Assembly (NCBI GenBank): GCA_963833985.1
Contig: CAWIAD010000001.1
Span: 1,856,001 to 1,920,000, forward strand
Direction of reading: 5' to 3'
Length of the DNA: 64,000 nucleotides
DNA from: an uncultured Planctomycetaceae bacterium
Lineage (GTDB): Bacteria; Planctomycetota; Planctomycetia; Isosphaerales; Isosphaeraceae
The notes below the pieces were generated by a model, which ran no database searches, was not told the DNA's origin, and was given only the letters and a program-made list of their open reading frames with translations. The translations under genes were made by a program, and so were the position numbers. Positions 51,521 through 61,886 of the stretch are shown here, piece after piece (the stretch's first letter is position 1; each line of letters starts with the position of its first letter).

Positions 51521-52771
51521 CTAGCGGATGGCCTGTTCGGTTTTGAGGCTGCGGCCAATTTGCCGGACCGCCTGGCGGAGCCGCTGGGCGTTCTCCACCA
51601 GCGCCACGCGCAGGTACCCTTCGCCGGTTTCGCCGAACCCCCGGCCCGGGCTGACCACCACGTTCGCGTCCTCCAGCAACTTCATGGCGAAATCCACCGA
51701 TCCCATACGCTCGCGCCAGGGTTCGGGCATGGGCGTCCACACGAACATGCCGGCTTGCGGGGTCTGCGGTTCCCAGCCCAGTCGCCGCAGCCCGCGGACC
51801 AGCACGTCGCGCCGCTCCTGGTACTCGACCACCTGCGCCCGACGGCCTTCCTCGCCGTGCCGCAAGGCCACGATCGCGGCGACCTGAACCGCCTGGAAGA
51901 TGCCGTAGTCGTAATAGCCCTTGATCGCCTTGAGCGCTCCGAGCATGTCCCGGTTGCCGGCCGCGAAGCCCACGCGCCAGCCGGCCATGTTGTAGCCCTT
52001 GGACATGGTGGTGAACTCGCAGCCGACGCTCTTGGCGCCCCTGGCGGCCAGGAAGCTGGGCGGCTGGCAGCCGTCGAAGCCGATGTCGCCGTAGGCGAAA
52101 TCGTGAATGACGAAGAAGTGGTACTTCCGGGCGAGCCCGACGATCTCCTCGAAGAACGCCAGGTCCACCACCGTGGCCGTGGGATTGTGCGGGTAGTTCA
52201 GCACCAGGATCTTGGGCCTGGGATAGAGGCTCTCGCAGACCCGGGCGACGTTGGTCAGGAAGAGCTGCGAATCGCGGACATCCAGCGAGATCACGTTGGC
52301 CGATGCCAGGGCGACGGCGTGGATATGGATCGGGAAGCTCGGCGCGGGGACCAGGGCGGTATCCCCGGGACCAAGCAGCGCCAGGCACATGTGGCTGAAC
52401 CCTTCCTTGGACCCGATCGTCGCCACCACCTCGTGGTCCGCGTCCAGGCTGACGCCGAAGCGGTTTTCATAGCGTACCGCAACTTCGCGCCGCAGGTTGA
52501 ACACGCCGTTGGCCACGCTGTAGCGGTGGTTCCGGGAGTCGCGCGCGGCCTCGCAGAGCTTGTCGATGACCCACTCTTCGGGCGGGTCGGTCGGGTTGCC
52601 CATGCCCAGGTCGATGACGTCGATCCCCGCGCGCCTCTTGCGGTACTTGAGCTCATTGATGCGGCCGAAGAGGTAGGCCGGCAAGTTACGAACTCGCGGT
52701 GCGACCTCGAGGTCGTAATGCTCGATCGACTCGTGCTCCTCCGAGCCCGGATTGGTTTTCGGATCAATCAT
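51521..52771 (-). CDS. Class I/II PLP aminotransferase (AlaC / LL-DAP aminotransferase-like)
   Basis: [37 protein letters not shown]. Confidence 0.9.
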   Translation of the reverse strand: MIDPKTNPGSEEHESIEHYDLEVAPRVRNLPAYLFGRINELKYRKRRAGIDVIDLGMGNPTDPPEEWVIDKLCEAARDSRNHRYSVANGVFNLRREVAVRYENRFGVSLDADHEVVATIGSKEGFSHMCLALLGPGDTALVPAPSFPIHIHAVALASANVISLDVRDSQLFLTNVARVCESLYPRPKILVLNYPHNPTATVVDLAFFEEIVGLARKYHFFVIHDFAYGDIGFDGCQPPSFLAARGAKSVGCEFTTMSKGYNMAGWRVGFAAGNRDMLGALKAIKGYYDYGIFQAVQVAAIVALRHGEEGRRAQVVEYQERRDVLVRGLRRLGWEPQTPQAGMFVWTPMPEPWRERMGSVDFAMKLLEDANVVVSPGRGFGETGEGYLRVALVENAQRLRQAVRQIGRSLKTEQAIR

Positions 52772-53171
52772 CGCCTGCGCGTTCCCCGAATCGGAAATCA
52801 CGACCCGCGGCCTGTTCTTCGAGCCGCGGGCACCTCCTGGATCATACAGCGCCGGGAGGCGGTTGGCACTGGGATCTTCCGCACGACGGGATGCGGATTG
52901 CTCGTGCAGGGAGGCGGAACCGAAGCTGGCTGGTGGCCTGCGGGACTGGCGCAGGGCGATGGCGGGCCGCTGGCAGAGTGTGGCGGGCGTAAGGTCTGGA
53001 GGAGTTCTCGGCACGCGGAAGGGTCGGAAATCGTCGCTTCGGGCAAGATCGACACAATATCGCCCGGCCTCCGGGCCGATATCTCCAGTACCACCGAGAG
53101 TACCCAGCCGACGTTGTGACTGGCTCCTCGATCGACCTCACGGACCCGGGGCGCTCCGGATCATCGATAGA

Positions 53172-53208
53172 GAAAGGACGGTCCGGATCGCCTCCGGACC
53201 GTCCTTTC
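53172..53208 (-). terminator. Perfect 16-bp hairpin downstream of the HtrA gene
   Basis: GAAAGGACGGTCCGGA-tcgcc-TCCGGACCGTCCTTTC. Confidence 0.7.
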
Positions 53209-53276
53209 GATCGAGCAGAATGGGCTCTGGCGGCGACGATGCCGCTTGCCAGGGCCGGAGAAGCGAGCGAAGCCGC

Positions 53277-54836
53277 TCACTTCCTGGTTTTGGACAGCGT
53301 GACGAAGCGGCCGGAAGTACGGCCCGACTGCACGTAGAACGAGATCTCGTCGTTCTTGGAGACCAGCTCCTGGAACTCCTTGACGCTCGAGACGGGCTGG
53401 ATCTTGCGATCGCGGACCACCTTGGTGATCACGTCGCCCTGCTTGATCTGCTCGGCCTCGGCGGCCGAGCCATCCTTGACCTCGCTGACCAGTAGCCCCT
53501 TGGTCCCGGCGGGGATGTCCAGCGACCGGGCCAGTTCCGGCGTCAGCGTTTGCACGTCGAAGCCGAAATCGGTGATGGCCGTCTTGGCGGGTTCCGTCGA
53601 ACCGGACTCCTTCTCCGATCCACGCTCCCGCTCGATGTCGAAGACGACGTTCTCGTAGGGAGCCGGGGTGATCATGGTCGTCTGCCGCTTGCCACTGCGG
53701 TAGTACTCGATCTCGTACTCCTTGCCCACGGGGCTGGTCGCCACCTTGAGCTTGAAGGCGGGACGGCTCGTGACCTTCTCGCCCGCGAAGCCGACGATGA
53801 CATCGCCCTGCTTCAGGCCGGCCTTGTCAGCGGGGCTGCCCGAAAGCACGTTCTCGACCAGGATGCCCTTGGTGCTGGGCTCCAGGCCGAGCTGCCTGGC
53901 GAGCACCGGCGTGAGCACGCCAAGCTGGATGCCAATCCGCGCCCGGTGCACCTTGCCGTCCTTGATGAGCTGGTCGGCCACGTTCACGGCCATGTCGATG
54001 GGCACGGCAAAGCCGATACCGTCGTTGCCACGGCCGCCGGTGACGATGGCCGAGTTCACGCCGATGACCTCACCGCTCATGTTCACGAGCGGCCCGCCCG
54101 AGTTGCCCGGGTTGATGGGCGCATCGGTTTGCAGGAACGACTCATACTCGTTGATGCCCACCTCGTTGCGCTCGGTCGCCGAGATGATGCCGGTGGTCAC
54201 GCTCTGGCTCAGCTCGAACGGAGAGCCCACTGCCATGACCAGCTCGCCCACCCGCAGCTTGCTGCTCTCGCCCTTGGGCAGGGCCGGGTAGCTCGTGTTG
54301 TCCACCTTGATCACGGCCACGTCGGACTTGTCGTCGGTTCCCACCACTGTCGCGACGGCCTCGGTGCCGTCATGGAAGGTCACCGTGATCTTGTCGGCCG
54401 ATTCCACCACGTGGTTATTGGTGAGGATGTGGCCGCGGTTATCGTAGACGAACCCCGAACCCGTGCCCTGTCCCCGACCGCCAAACTGCTCGCGCTCCGG
54501 CATCCCGTCGGGACCGAAGAATCGCTTCAGCATCTCCTCCAGGTCCTTCAGATCCTTGGGGCCGTTCGGGCTGGGCGAGCGGCCGCCAGGCCCGGGCAAT
54601 GGCAGGCCCCGGAGGTTGGGCATCCGCCCAGCCTTCTTCTGCACACTGATCTGCACCACCGAAGGGCGCACGAAATCGGCCACCGACTCGAACGCCTGCG
54701 ACAGCGCCTGCACTGTCTTCTGGCTCTCCGGTGAAACCTTCGGAGCCGCCGGCATTGGCCGCAGCAGGCCCGATGAGCTCACCAGGGCCGCCGTGGAAAG
54801 CGCAATCGCAACCCATGCAACAGGATTTCGCTTCAT
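53277..54836 (-). CDS. HtrA/DegP-family serine protease with two PDZ domains
   Basis: GSGF, TNNHVV, D.AVIK, INPGNSGG; signal peptide. Confidence 0.94.
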   Translation of the reverse strand: MKRNPVAWVAIALSTAALVSSSGLLRPMPAAPKVSPESQKTVQALSQAFESVADFVRPSVVQISVQKKAGRMPNLRGLPLPGPGGRSPSPNGPKDLKDLEEMLKRFFGPDGMPEREQFGGRGQGTGSGFVYDNRGHILTNNHVVESADKITVTFHDGTEAVATVVGTDDKSDVAVIKVDNTSYPALPKGESSKLRVGELVMAVGSPFELSQSVTTGIISATERNEVGINEYESFLQTDAPINPGNSGGPLVNMSGEVIGVNSAIVTGGRGNDGIGFAVPIDMAVNVADQLIKDGKVHRARIGIQLGVLTPVLARQLGLEPSTKGILVENVLSGSPADKAGLKQGDVIVGFAGEKVTSRPAFKLKVATSPVGKEYEIEYYRSGKRQTTMITPAPYENVVFDIERERGSEKESGSTEPAKTAITDFGFDVQTLTPELARSLDIPAGTKGLLVSEVKDGSAAEAEQIKQGDVITKVVRDRKIQPVSSVKEFQELVSKNDEISFYVQSGRTSGRFVTLSKTRK

Positions 54837-55186
54837 TCTCTCTCCTTCTCCTCTCACGATGCCCACGAGATCACCAGGACTCATGACGCCACTGGACTCC
54901 TCGAATCGCGGCCGAGCGCCATGCGCCGGGTGATCGAACCTGAGCCGGCTCGTCGCGGCCCGGCCTGGCCCACCCCCGGGCCGACACGGTTCCACGACTC
55001 ACCAGTTGATACACTAACCTCACTGCCAATCGGGACTTGGAGCAGATTCACCGGCCCCGAACAGCCGACTTGCTGGAGGTACTCTTTCTGTACGTCGCAA
55101 CTCCGAAGAAGGTTGGTTCGATTTTCCGCTGGTCACCCGGCGCACGGGCCTTCTCCTCTAGGCGCATTCGCTACTTTAATCGAACA

Positions 55187-56308
55187 ATGGGAAAGGTCGA
55201 CGCAATTTTCCGGCTTTTTCGAGAGACATCCTCGGTGCTCGACCCGCGCGACATGGCTCCCGGTGCTCTGCTCCAGCGCACAGCCGCCCTGCGCGTTGGG
55301 CCCGAGATCACGCGCCGGCTGCTCTCCGCCCTGGTCGGCCGGGGAATTCACGACCCCGCCGTCTGGCTCGGCCGCTGCCAGATCCCCCGGCGGCTCGTCG
55401 ACGAGATCGGCCAACTACCCAGGCTCGAGCTGGAGCAGTCCATCATCTCACCGGTGGACGGCTTCGAGAAACTCAGGTTCAGAGCCCGCGACGGACTGGC
55501 CATCGAGACGGTGCTCATCCCCCTGCACAAGCCCGATGCCGTGAGCGTTTGCCTTTCCTCTCAGGTCGGCTGCGCCATGGCCTGCCAGTTCTGTGCCACG
55601 GCGCGGATGCCCCGCCGGCGCAACCTGGAGACCTGGGAAATCCTTGACCAGTTCATTCATGCTCGCCAGATTGCCAGGTCCGCAGGGCGGCGGGTCACCG
55701 GTGCCGTCTTCATGGGAATGGGCGAACCCTTCCTGAACTACGAGCGCGTGCTGGCGGCCGCGGACCTGCTGCGCTGCCCGTTCGCGGGCTCGATCGCCGC
55801 CAAGACCATCACCATCAGCACGGTGGGACTTGTGCCCGAGATCGACCGGTACACCGACGAGGGGCACAGGTATCGCCTGGCCATCAGCCTGGGTGCCGCC
55901 ACCGATGCGAAGCGGGCCCGCCTGGTGCCGCTGGCGGCGCGAACCCCCGTGGCCGAGGTGATGGCCGCAGCGCGGCGTCATGCGCTGGCTCGACGCGACC
56001 GCGTGACCCTGGCGTATGTGAGCATCGCGGGTGAAAACATGGATGAGGAGGACGCCCGGGCACTTGGCCGGCTGATTGGCGACACGCCGGTCCGGCTCGA
56101 CCTGATCGAGGTCACCGACCCCACGGGCCGGTTCCTGCCGCCGACCGCGAGCGAGCTGAAGTCGTTTCGCGATGCGCTCACGAGGTATATCGGACAGCCG
56201 ATTGTGCGCCGCTATTCGGGGGGCAAGGACATCCTGGCCGCGTGTGGAACCCTGGCCGGTGCGGATGATCCGGAAGCCCTGGCGCTGCTTCAGGGCCGGC
56301 GGGAGTGA
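55187..56308 (+). CDS. RlmN/Cfr-family radical SAM methyltransferase (divergent)
   Basis: IETV, CLSSQVGCAMACQFC, FMGMGEP, ISTVG, AACG. Start uncertain. Confidence 0.88.
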   Translation: MGKVDAIFRLFRETSSVLDPRDMAPGALLQRTAALRVGPEITRRLLSALVGRGIHDPAVWLGRCQIPRRLVDEIGQLPRLELEQSIISPVDGFEKLRFRARDGLAIETVLIPLHKPDAVSVCLSSQVGCAMACQFCATARMPRRRNLETWEILDQFIHARQIARSAGRRVTGAVFMGMGEPFLNYERVLAAADLLRCPFAGSIAAKTITISTVGLVPEIDRYTDEGHRYRLAISLGAATDAKRARLVPLAARTPVAEVMAAARRHALARRDRVTLAYVSIAGENMDEEDARALGRLIGDTPVRLDLIEVTDPTGRFLPPTASELKSFRDALTRYIGQPIVRRYSGGKDILAACGTLAGADDPEALALLQGRRE

Positions 56309-56679
56309 GCCCGGCGAATCAGGTCGTGCCGCAAGGCCGAGACGAGCTGGACGAGGGCCTCGCGATAGCGCCTCAGCGGACCTTGCTGGTCGATCCAGGA
56401 TTCGGCGTGGGGGAGCGGCTCGAAGATCCGCCGCCCATGCCGGACGGTCTGAGCGACCACGCCCCTGTCGACCAGGAACAGGAGGATGCCGGCGGCGTGG
56501 TTGAGTTGCACGCCCGACCAGTATCGGGACGAGGAGAGGTCGTTCTCCAGGTGCAGCCCAACGTACCGGGACGCTTCGTCGAACAGGGCCGCGAGGTGCT
56601 CGTCGTTGCGATGGAGCCGGTAGTGAGCCAGCCGGCCGGTCCAGGTCTCACGTAATTTGCGAGTGATTGGTTCAGTCAC
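56290..56679 (-). CDS. Hypothetical protein (129 aa)
   Basis: GTG start, protein-like composition, convergent 19-bp overlap with the RlmN-like gene. Confidence 0.6.
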   Translation of the reverse strand: MTEPITRKLRETWTGRLAHYRLHRNDEHLAALFDEASRYVGLHLENDLSSSRYWSGVQLNHAAGILLFLVDRGVVAQTVRHGRRIFEPLPHAESWIDQQGPLRRYREALVQLVSALRHDLIRRAHSRRP

Positions 56680-57012
56680 GGAAGATCAAGCCCTCGGGGA
56701 CAAGCGTGGCACCATCTCACACCCAATTCTTTCCTAGATTATTATATTTAGTGTGACAAGGGCGCGGTGCCGGGAACCGACACGGCGTGGAGCCCCGGCC
56801 CTCACGCGGCGCCATGACGCGCCGGAGCGTTGCGCAAGGCAGGGCCGGAAGTCGCTTTGTCTTTGACACCATGCCAGCGATCGACTATGTTCGACCTCAA
56901 CAGGCTGAGTCACTCCTGCGTGCTCGGGATCGACCAGGATGTACAGCTGCTTCAAGGATCCGCAAAGCCTGGCGGCCTGGCATCTCGTCCCGTCTTGGAA
57001 GTGCTTTGACAC

Positions 57013-59505
57013 ATGTTCTCGTTCCTCGCCCGGCTGGTCCAGCGACATTCGTGGGTGGTGGTACTGGCCTGGGTCGTGCTGGCTGGTCTGCTCTTCCGGT
57101 ATTCCCCGCCCTGGGACCAGGTGACCAAGGACGACGACGTCCGATTCTTCCCGCGTGACTACCCCAGCGTGATCGGCCAGGAGCTGCTGGAACGCGGATT
57201 CCCACAGGACGCGGCCAGCTCTCAGGTGGTGATCGTTTACGAGCGCAGCCAGGGTGCGCTGACGCCCGCGGATTTCACTCTGGTCGAAGCACGTGCGGCA
57301 GAGTTCCACAAGTTCGGCCAGGCCAATCCGGACCTGGGCGTCAAGAAGCTTGACACCCACCGCTCGCCGGTGATCGGACCACGGCTCATCGGCCGGTCCC
57401 CGGAGGGTCCGGGCCAGGCGGTGCTCACCATCGTGTCGCTGCGGGGCACTTACCTCTCGAAGAAGACGCGCGTGGCGGTGGACAGGATTCTCAATTACCT
57501 CCAGGAGAGCGCGCCGCTTCCGGAAGGTTTGCGCAGGGTGGTCACCGGCTCCGCCGTGGTTGGCCACGACATGAACACCGCGGCCAACCAGAGCATCGAC
57601 AGCACCACCAGGACCACGGTCCTCCTGGTCGTGGTGATCTTGCTGATCGTCTACCGCTCGCCGCTTCTGGCCATGATCCCGCTCCTGACGATCGCACTTT
57701 CGGTGGTCGCGTCGCTCAAGGGCATTGCGCTGCTGACTCGGGTTCCCGGGATCACCTTCCAGGTCATCAACATCACGCGCGTCTTCGTGGTGGTGGTACT
57801 CTTCGGAGCGGGGACGGACTATTGCCTGTTCCTGATTGCGCGCTATCGCGAGGAGCTGAGCCGGGGACGGTCCCGGTCCGACGCCCTGCACGAGGCCATC
57901 GTCCAGGTGGGCGCCGCATTGATCGCCAGCGCCGGCACCGTGATCGTCGGCCTGGGAATGCTCTACTTCTCCAGCTTCGCGAAGATCCAGTACACGGGGC
58001 CGGCGATCGCCCTCTCGCTGACGATGGCCCTCGTCGCCGCGCTCACCCTGGCTCCGGTGCTTCTTTCCTGGCTGCGCGGGGCCATCTTCTGGCCCTTCAA
58101 GCCGCCACACCACGTGAAGGGTGCCGATCGCGAGCGTGAAAGCCTGGAACAGGTTCCCATGACCGGCTTCTGGATTCGCGTGGCCGACCTGGTGGTCAAG
58201 TACCCGATCGCGATCCTCACGGTCTGCCTGGCCGGGCTGCTGCCGCTGGCGCTGATCGGTGCGCAGACCCGGGCCAACTACAGCCAGCTCGCCGACCTCG
58301 ACCCGGACCGGCCGAGCGTCATCGGCGCCAGCGTGATCCGGCGCTACTTCGCCGTCGGCGAACTGAGTCCGACGGTGGCCCTGGTGGAGAACCCGCACAT
58401 TGACTTCCGTTCGCCGGCCGGCCGGACCGCCGTGCAGGAGGTCAGCCGCCGGCTCTGCGCCATTCCGGTGGTGGCCGAGGTTCGGTCGCTCTCGCAGCCG
58501 CTGGGCAAGCCCCCGGTTCCCGACGAGGAGAAGACGCTGCTGCAACGCATTGCCGAACCGGCGCTGCGGGTCGCCGCCGATTCCCGCTACGTCAGCACCC
58601 GGCCCGAGAACAAGGCGGACCTGAACCACATCACCCGGTTCGACATCGTCTTTCGCACCGACCCGTTCGCCCAGTCGAGCCTGGATTCCCTGGAAGACGT
58701 GCGCCAGGTGCTGACCGCCTCCACCCGGCCCGGCGAACCACTGCACGGCTCGGCGAACATCGGCCTGGCCGGCTCGACATCGGCCGTGAACGACCTCAAG
58801 AACGTCACCACCAGCGATCAGCGGAGGATGTACGTCCTGGTCACGCTGGGTGTTTACGCGATCCTGGTCGCCCTCTTGCGCAGGCCGGGCATCTGCCTCT
58901 ACCTGATCTTGACCGTGGTGCTGGGTTACCTGGCCTCGCTGGGAATCACCGAGCTGGTCTTCCGGTCGCTGCATCACGGCACCGAGCCCTGGGGTGGTCT
59001 GGACTGGACGGTCGGCTTCTTCCTGTTCGTGATCCTGGTGGCCGTGGGTGAGGACTATAACATCCTGCTCATGGCGCGGGTGATCGAGGAGGAGAAGCAG
59101 CACGGCGTCACCCAGGGGACGCGGCTGGCAGTCGCCCATACCGGAGGCATCATCAGCTCTTGCGGACTGATCATGGCCGGCACCTTCGGATCGATGCTCA
59201 CCGGCACCCTCACCTCGCTGCGTGAGCTCGGCTTCGCGCTCGGTCTGGGAATCCTGCTGGACACGTTCCTGGTGCGCCCCGTGCTCGTGCCCGCATTTGT
59301 CGTGGTCATGGACCGCATGCGGGCCACCCGGCAGGCCGACAGAGCGGCCCGCAAACAGGCCGCGGCCGCGGCCCCGAAGGCCAAGGCAAAAGCCAAGGCG
59401 GTCCCGAACGGGTTCGAAGAGCCTGAGGCCCCTCGCGAAGGCGGAGCGCCGCTCCGCCCGGAAGCCATCGACTCCTGCCTTGGACAGTTCTACGAGGAGC
59501 TCTGA
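57013..59505 (+). CDS. MMPL-family (RND) transporter
   Basis: Two TM clusters; FGAGTDYCLFLIARYREE, GEDYNILL, TGGIISSCGLIMAGTF. Confidence 0.93.
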   Translation: MFSFLARLVQRHSWVVVLAWVVLAGLLFRYSPPWDQVTKDDDVRFFPRDYPSVIGQELLERGFPQDAASSQVVIVYERSQGALTPADFTLVEARAAEFHKFGQANPDLGVKKLDTHRSPVIGPRLIGRSPEGPGQAVLTIVSLRGTYLSKKTRVAVDRILNYLQESAPLPEGLRRVVTGSAVVGHDMNTAANQSIDSTTRTTVLLVVVILLIVYRSPLLAMIPLLTIALSVVASLKGIALLTRVPGITFQVINITRVFVVVVLFGAGTDYCLFLIARYREELSRGRSRSDALHEAIVQVGAALIASAGTVIVGLGMLYFSSFAKIQYTGPAIALSLTMALVAALTLAPVLLSWLRGAIFWPFKPPHHVKGADRERESLEQVPMTGFWIRVADLVVKYPIAILTVCLAGLLPLALIGAQTRANYSQLADLDPDRPSVIGASVIRRYFAVGELSPTVALVENPHIDFRSPAGRTAVQEVSRRLCAIPVVAEVRSLSQPLGKPPVPDEEKTLLQRIAEPALRVAADSRYVSTRPENKADLNHITRFDIVFRTDPFAQSSLDSLEDVRQVLTASTRPGEPLHGSANIGLAGSTSAVNDLKNVTTSDQRRMYVLVTLGVYAILVALLRRPGICLYLILTVVLGYLASLGITELVFRSLHHGTEPWGGLDWTVGFFLFVILVAVGEDYNILLMARVIEEEKQHGVTQGTRLAVAHTGGIISSCGLIMAGTFGSMLTGTLTSLRELGFALGLGILLDTFLVRPVLVPAFVVVMDRMRATRQADRAARKQAAAAAPKAKAKAKAVPNGFEEPEAPREGGAPLRPEAIDSCLGQFYEEL

Positions 59506-60361
59506 GCCGGCCGAGCGTCGCTGCCCTCGGCCTCCTTCAGCAGCGGGCGAGGCTCGTAGCTGCCGGAAAAGGGCTGGAAAGTGGCCGGCCAGCAGTAGTC
59601 CTCCAGGCGCGCCTCGGCATTGCGCCGGCCGATCAAACGGAACCAGCCGAGGTAGCGGCCCTGGTCGGCTTCCACCGCGGACCTCTCGGACGGATTCTCC
59701 GGGTGAGCCGTGAGCAGCCAGTCGCGCCACAGTCGCCAGGCTTCCGGCATGGTCTCCGCCAGTTCGATCGCCACGATGCCCGTCCGTTCCCAGTGCCTGC
59801 GCCACCATGCCAGCGAATGGATGGCCCAGAAGTCCTGGGTCCACTGCTCCTTCAGGTGTTCGGGCACCGTGCCCTCGAACTCCTGCATGAGACCCGCCCC
59901 GGCCATGCCGATCGCCCCGCCAGGTTTCACGAACCGAGCCAGGTAGTTGAGATACAGGTCGTCGGTGCCGAAGTAGGCATAGGCGTCAAGGCTCACGACC
60001 GCGTCGAAGAAATCGCCGCCATAAGGGAGCGCCGCGCATCCGCGTGGATGGGAAACACCCGGCCGTCGAGGCCCGCGTCGCAGATCCGCAGCAGATTCTC
60101 CGTCGCGCTGATCCAGAGGTCGGTCGCCCACACCTCCACGCCGTATTCCCGCGCCAGGAAGATCGACGAGATCGCCCGGCCGCAGCCGAGGTCGAGCACC
60201 CTCATCCCGGGCTTCAGCTCCAGCGCTCCAGCCAGCCACTCCGTGAGCCAGAGCGTGTTGCCCGCGCCGGTCATTCCGTTGCCGATCACCCAGTCGGGAT
60301 GATACCGCGCCGCGCGTGGAAAGAGCGCGCAGTCGAGCCGATCGATTCCGGTCATGAGCAT
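59490..60361 (-). CDS. Class I SAM-dependent methyltransferase; frameshift near 60030
   Basis: VLDLGCGRA, DLWI, HADAR|ALPY..FFDAVV, YFGTDDLYL, VKPGG. Confidence 0.85.
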
Positions 60362-60816
60362 CTTCCCTCGTCGAGGCACGAGCCGAAAAACCGCAAGGCA
60401 GACAATCCAGGCAACCACCTGGTTCGCCCCCGGTCTCACCCCGCAATGAAACTGACGCCCTGGCATGGGCCAGCCCGGGAAGTCATTGTACGATGGTGGC
60501 TCAAGCCTGCCCGCGGCGACGACAGCACGGGCCCTGCTGGCCGGCGACGTTCATCCCCGGCGCAGCGGTCTCATGCCGCCCACCGAGCTTCCCCTGTCGA
60601 GACGATTGCGGTCGGACGCTCGCCGCCGTCGCAGCCGGAGATCTTCTTCCTTCGAACTCTGCTTCCCGTTCACAAAAAAATCACGACTCGAACCGGCCGC
60701 TTCTGCTATAAGTGGCCGGTTGACTGGTTGTTCCGGCACCCTGGCAAACGGACCGTTCAAGAAAGCCTTCCGCCTGAACGCGCGCGGTCCGATGCCCTTT
60801 TCAGGGAGTGATTGTC

Positions 60817-61857
60817 ATGATTCCGCGCAGTTACATGACGATGGCAATGCTGGTTCTGATGGCGGCCGCTCCGCTCAGGGCGCAAGACGGGCTCTCCGGC
60901 TACGACAGGGTTCGCAAGCTGGCGCTCGGCGGCGAGGGAGGCTGGGATTTTCTGGAGGTCGACTCCTCCACGCAGAAGCTTTTCGTGGCGCGGGGGACCC
61001 ATGTCGTGGTCGTCGATCTGGAAAGTGAGAAGGTCGTCGGCGAGATCGCGGACACACCGGGAGTTCACGGAATCGCGTTCGTTGCCGACCTCGGCCGCGG
61101 ATTCACGAGCAACGGCGGCGATGCGAGTGTGACCGCGTTCGATACCCGAACGCTCAGGACCCTGGGGAAGATCAAGGCGGAGGGCCGGCCGGACATCATC
61201 TACTTCGAGCCGGTCAGCCGCCGGGTCTTCACCATGAACCATGGCACGAACAACTGCACCGCGATCGACCCTGACGAGATGAAGGTCGTCGGCACGCTGG
61301 CGCTTGGCGGAGTGCCGGAGCTGGCCGTCTCCGACGAGAAGGGACACATCTTCGTCAACCTGGAGGACAAGAGCGAGATCGTCGAGTTCGACGCGCGAAC
61401 TCTGAAGATCCTCAATCGCTTCCCGCTGGCGCCCGGCGAGGAGCCGACCGGTCTGGCTTTCGACGCTGCGCAAAGGCGGCTCTTCAGCACGTGCGCGAAC
61501 CGGAAGCTGGTGGTGATGGATGCGAACAGCGGCAAGGTTGTCCAGACGCTGGAGATCGGGCCGGGGCCCGACGGCTGCGTGTTCGACCGCGAAAGGAAGC
61601 TGATCTTCAGCTCAAACGGCGGCGATGGCACGGTCTCCGTGATCCGCCAGGTATCGCCGGACCAATATGAAGTTGCCAAAAGCATCAAAACACAGGTGAG
61701 CGCCAAGACGATTGCCATGGACCCCAGGACGCATCGCCTCTACCTGTCGGCCGCGACTCCGGATCCGGCCCCGGCCGGCGCCGCGAAGGGAGCGACCAAG
61801 GGCGCTCGCAGGCGCTATGCGCCTGGCTCGTTCTCGGTGCTCGTCGTCGGCGAATGA
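60817..61857 (+). CDS. Secreted YncE-family beta-propeller protein
   Basis: Signal peptide, GGWDFL, GVHGIA, PTGLAFD, GPDG repeats. Confidence 0.85.
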   Translation: MIPRSYMTMAMLVLMAAAPLRAQDGLSGYDRVRKLALGGEGGWDFLEVDSSTQKLFVARGTHVVVVDLESEKVVGEIADTPGVHGIAFVADLGRGFTSNGGDASVTAFDTRTLRTLGKIKAEGRPDIIYFEPVSRRVFTMNHGTNNCTAIDPDEMKVVGTLALGGVPELAVSDEKGHIFVNLEDKSEIVEFDARTLKILNRFPLAPGEEPTGLAFDAAQRRLFSTCANRKLVVMDANSGKVVQTLEIGPGPDGCVFDRERKLIFSSNGGDGTVSVIRQVSPDQYEVAKSIKTQVSAKTIAMDPRTHRLYLSAATPDPAPAGAAKGATKGARRRYAPGSFSVLVVGE

Positions 61858-61886
61858 CCCGGCGCTCCACCGGTTCAATCGCTGGT

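Noticed and set aside
56734..59844. 1036-aa minus-strand ORF and other long antisense ORFs (e.g. 148-1395, 14470-16467, 20221-21735, 43141-44727)
   Set aside because: Shadow ORFs opposite well-supported genes; expected in high-GC DNA.
3007..60361. Mass pseudogenisation or programmed frameshifting in the split genes
   Set aside because: Single-base indels with no in-frame stops or decay, in a shared GCGC context, without slippery heptamers; sequencing error is more likely.
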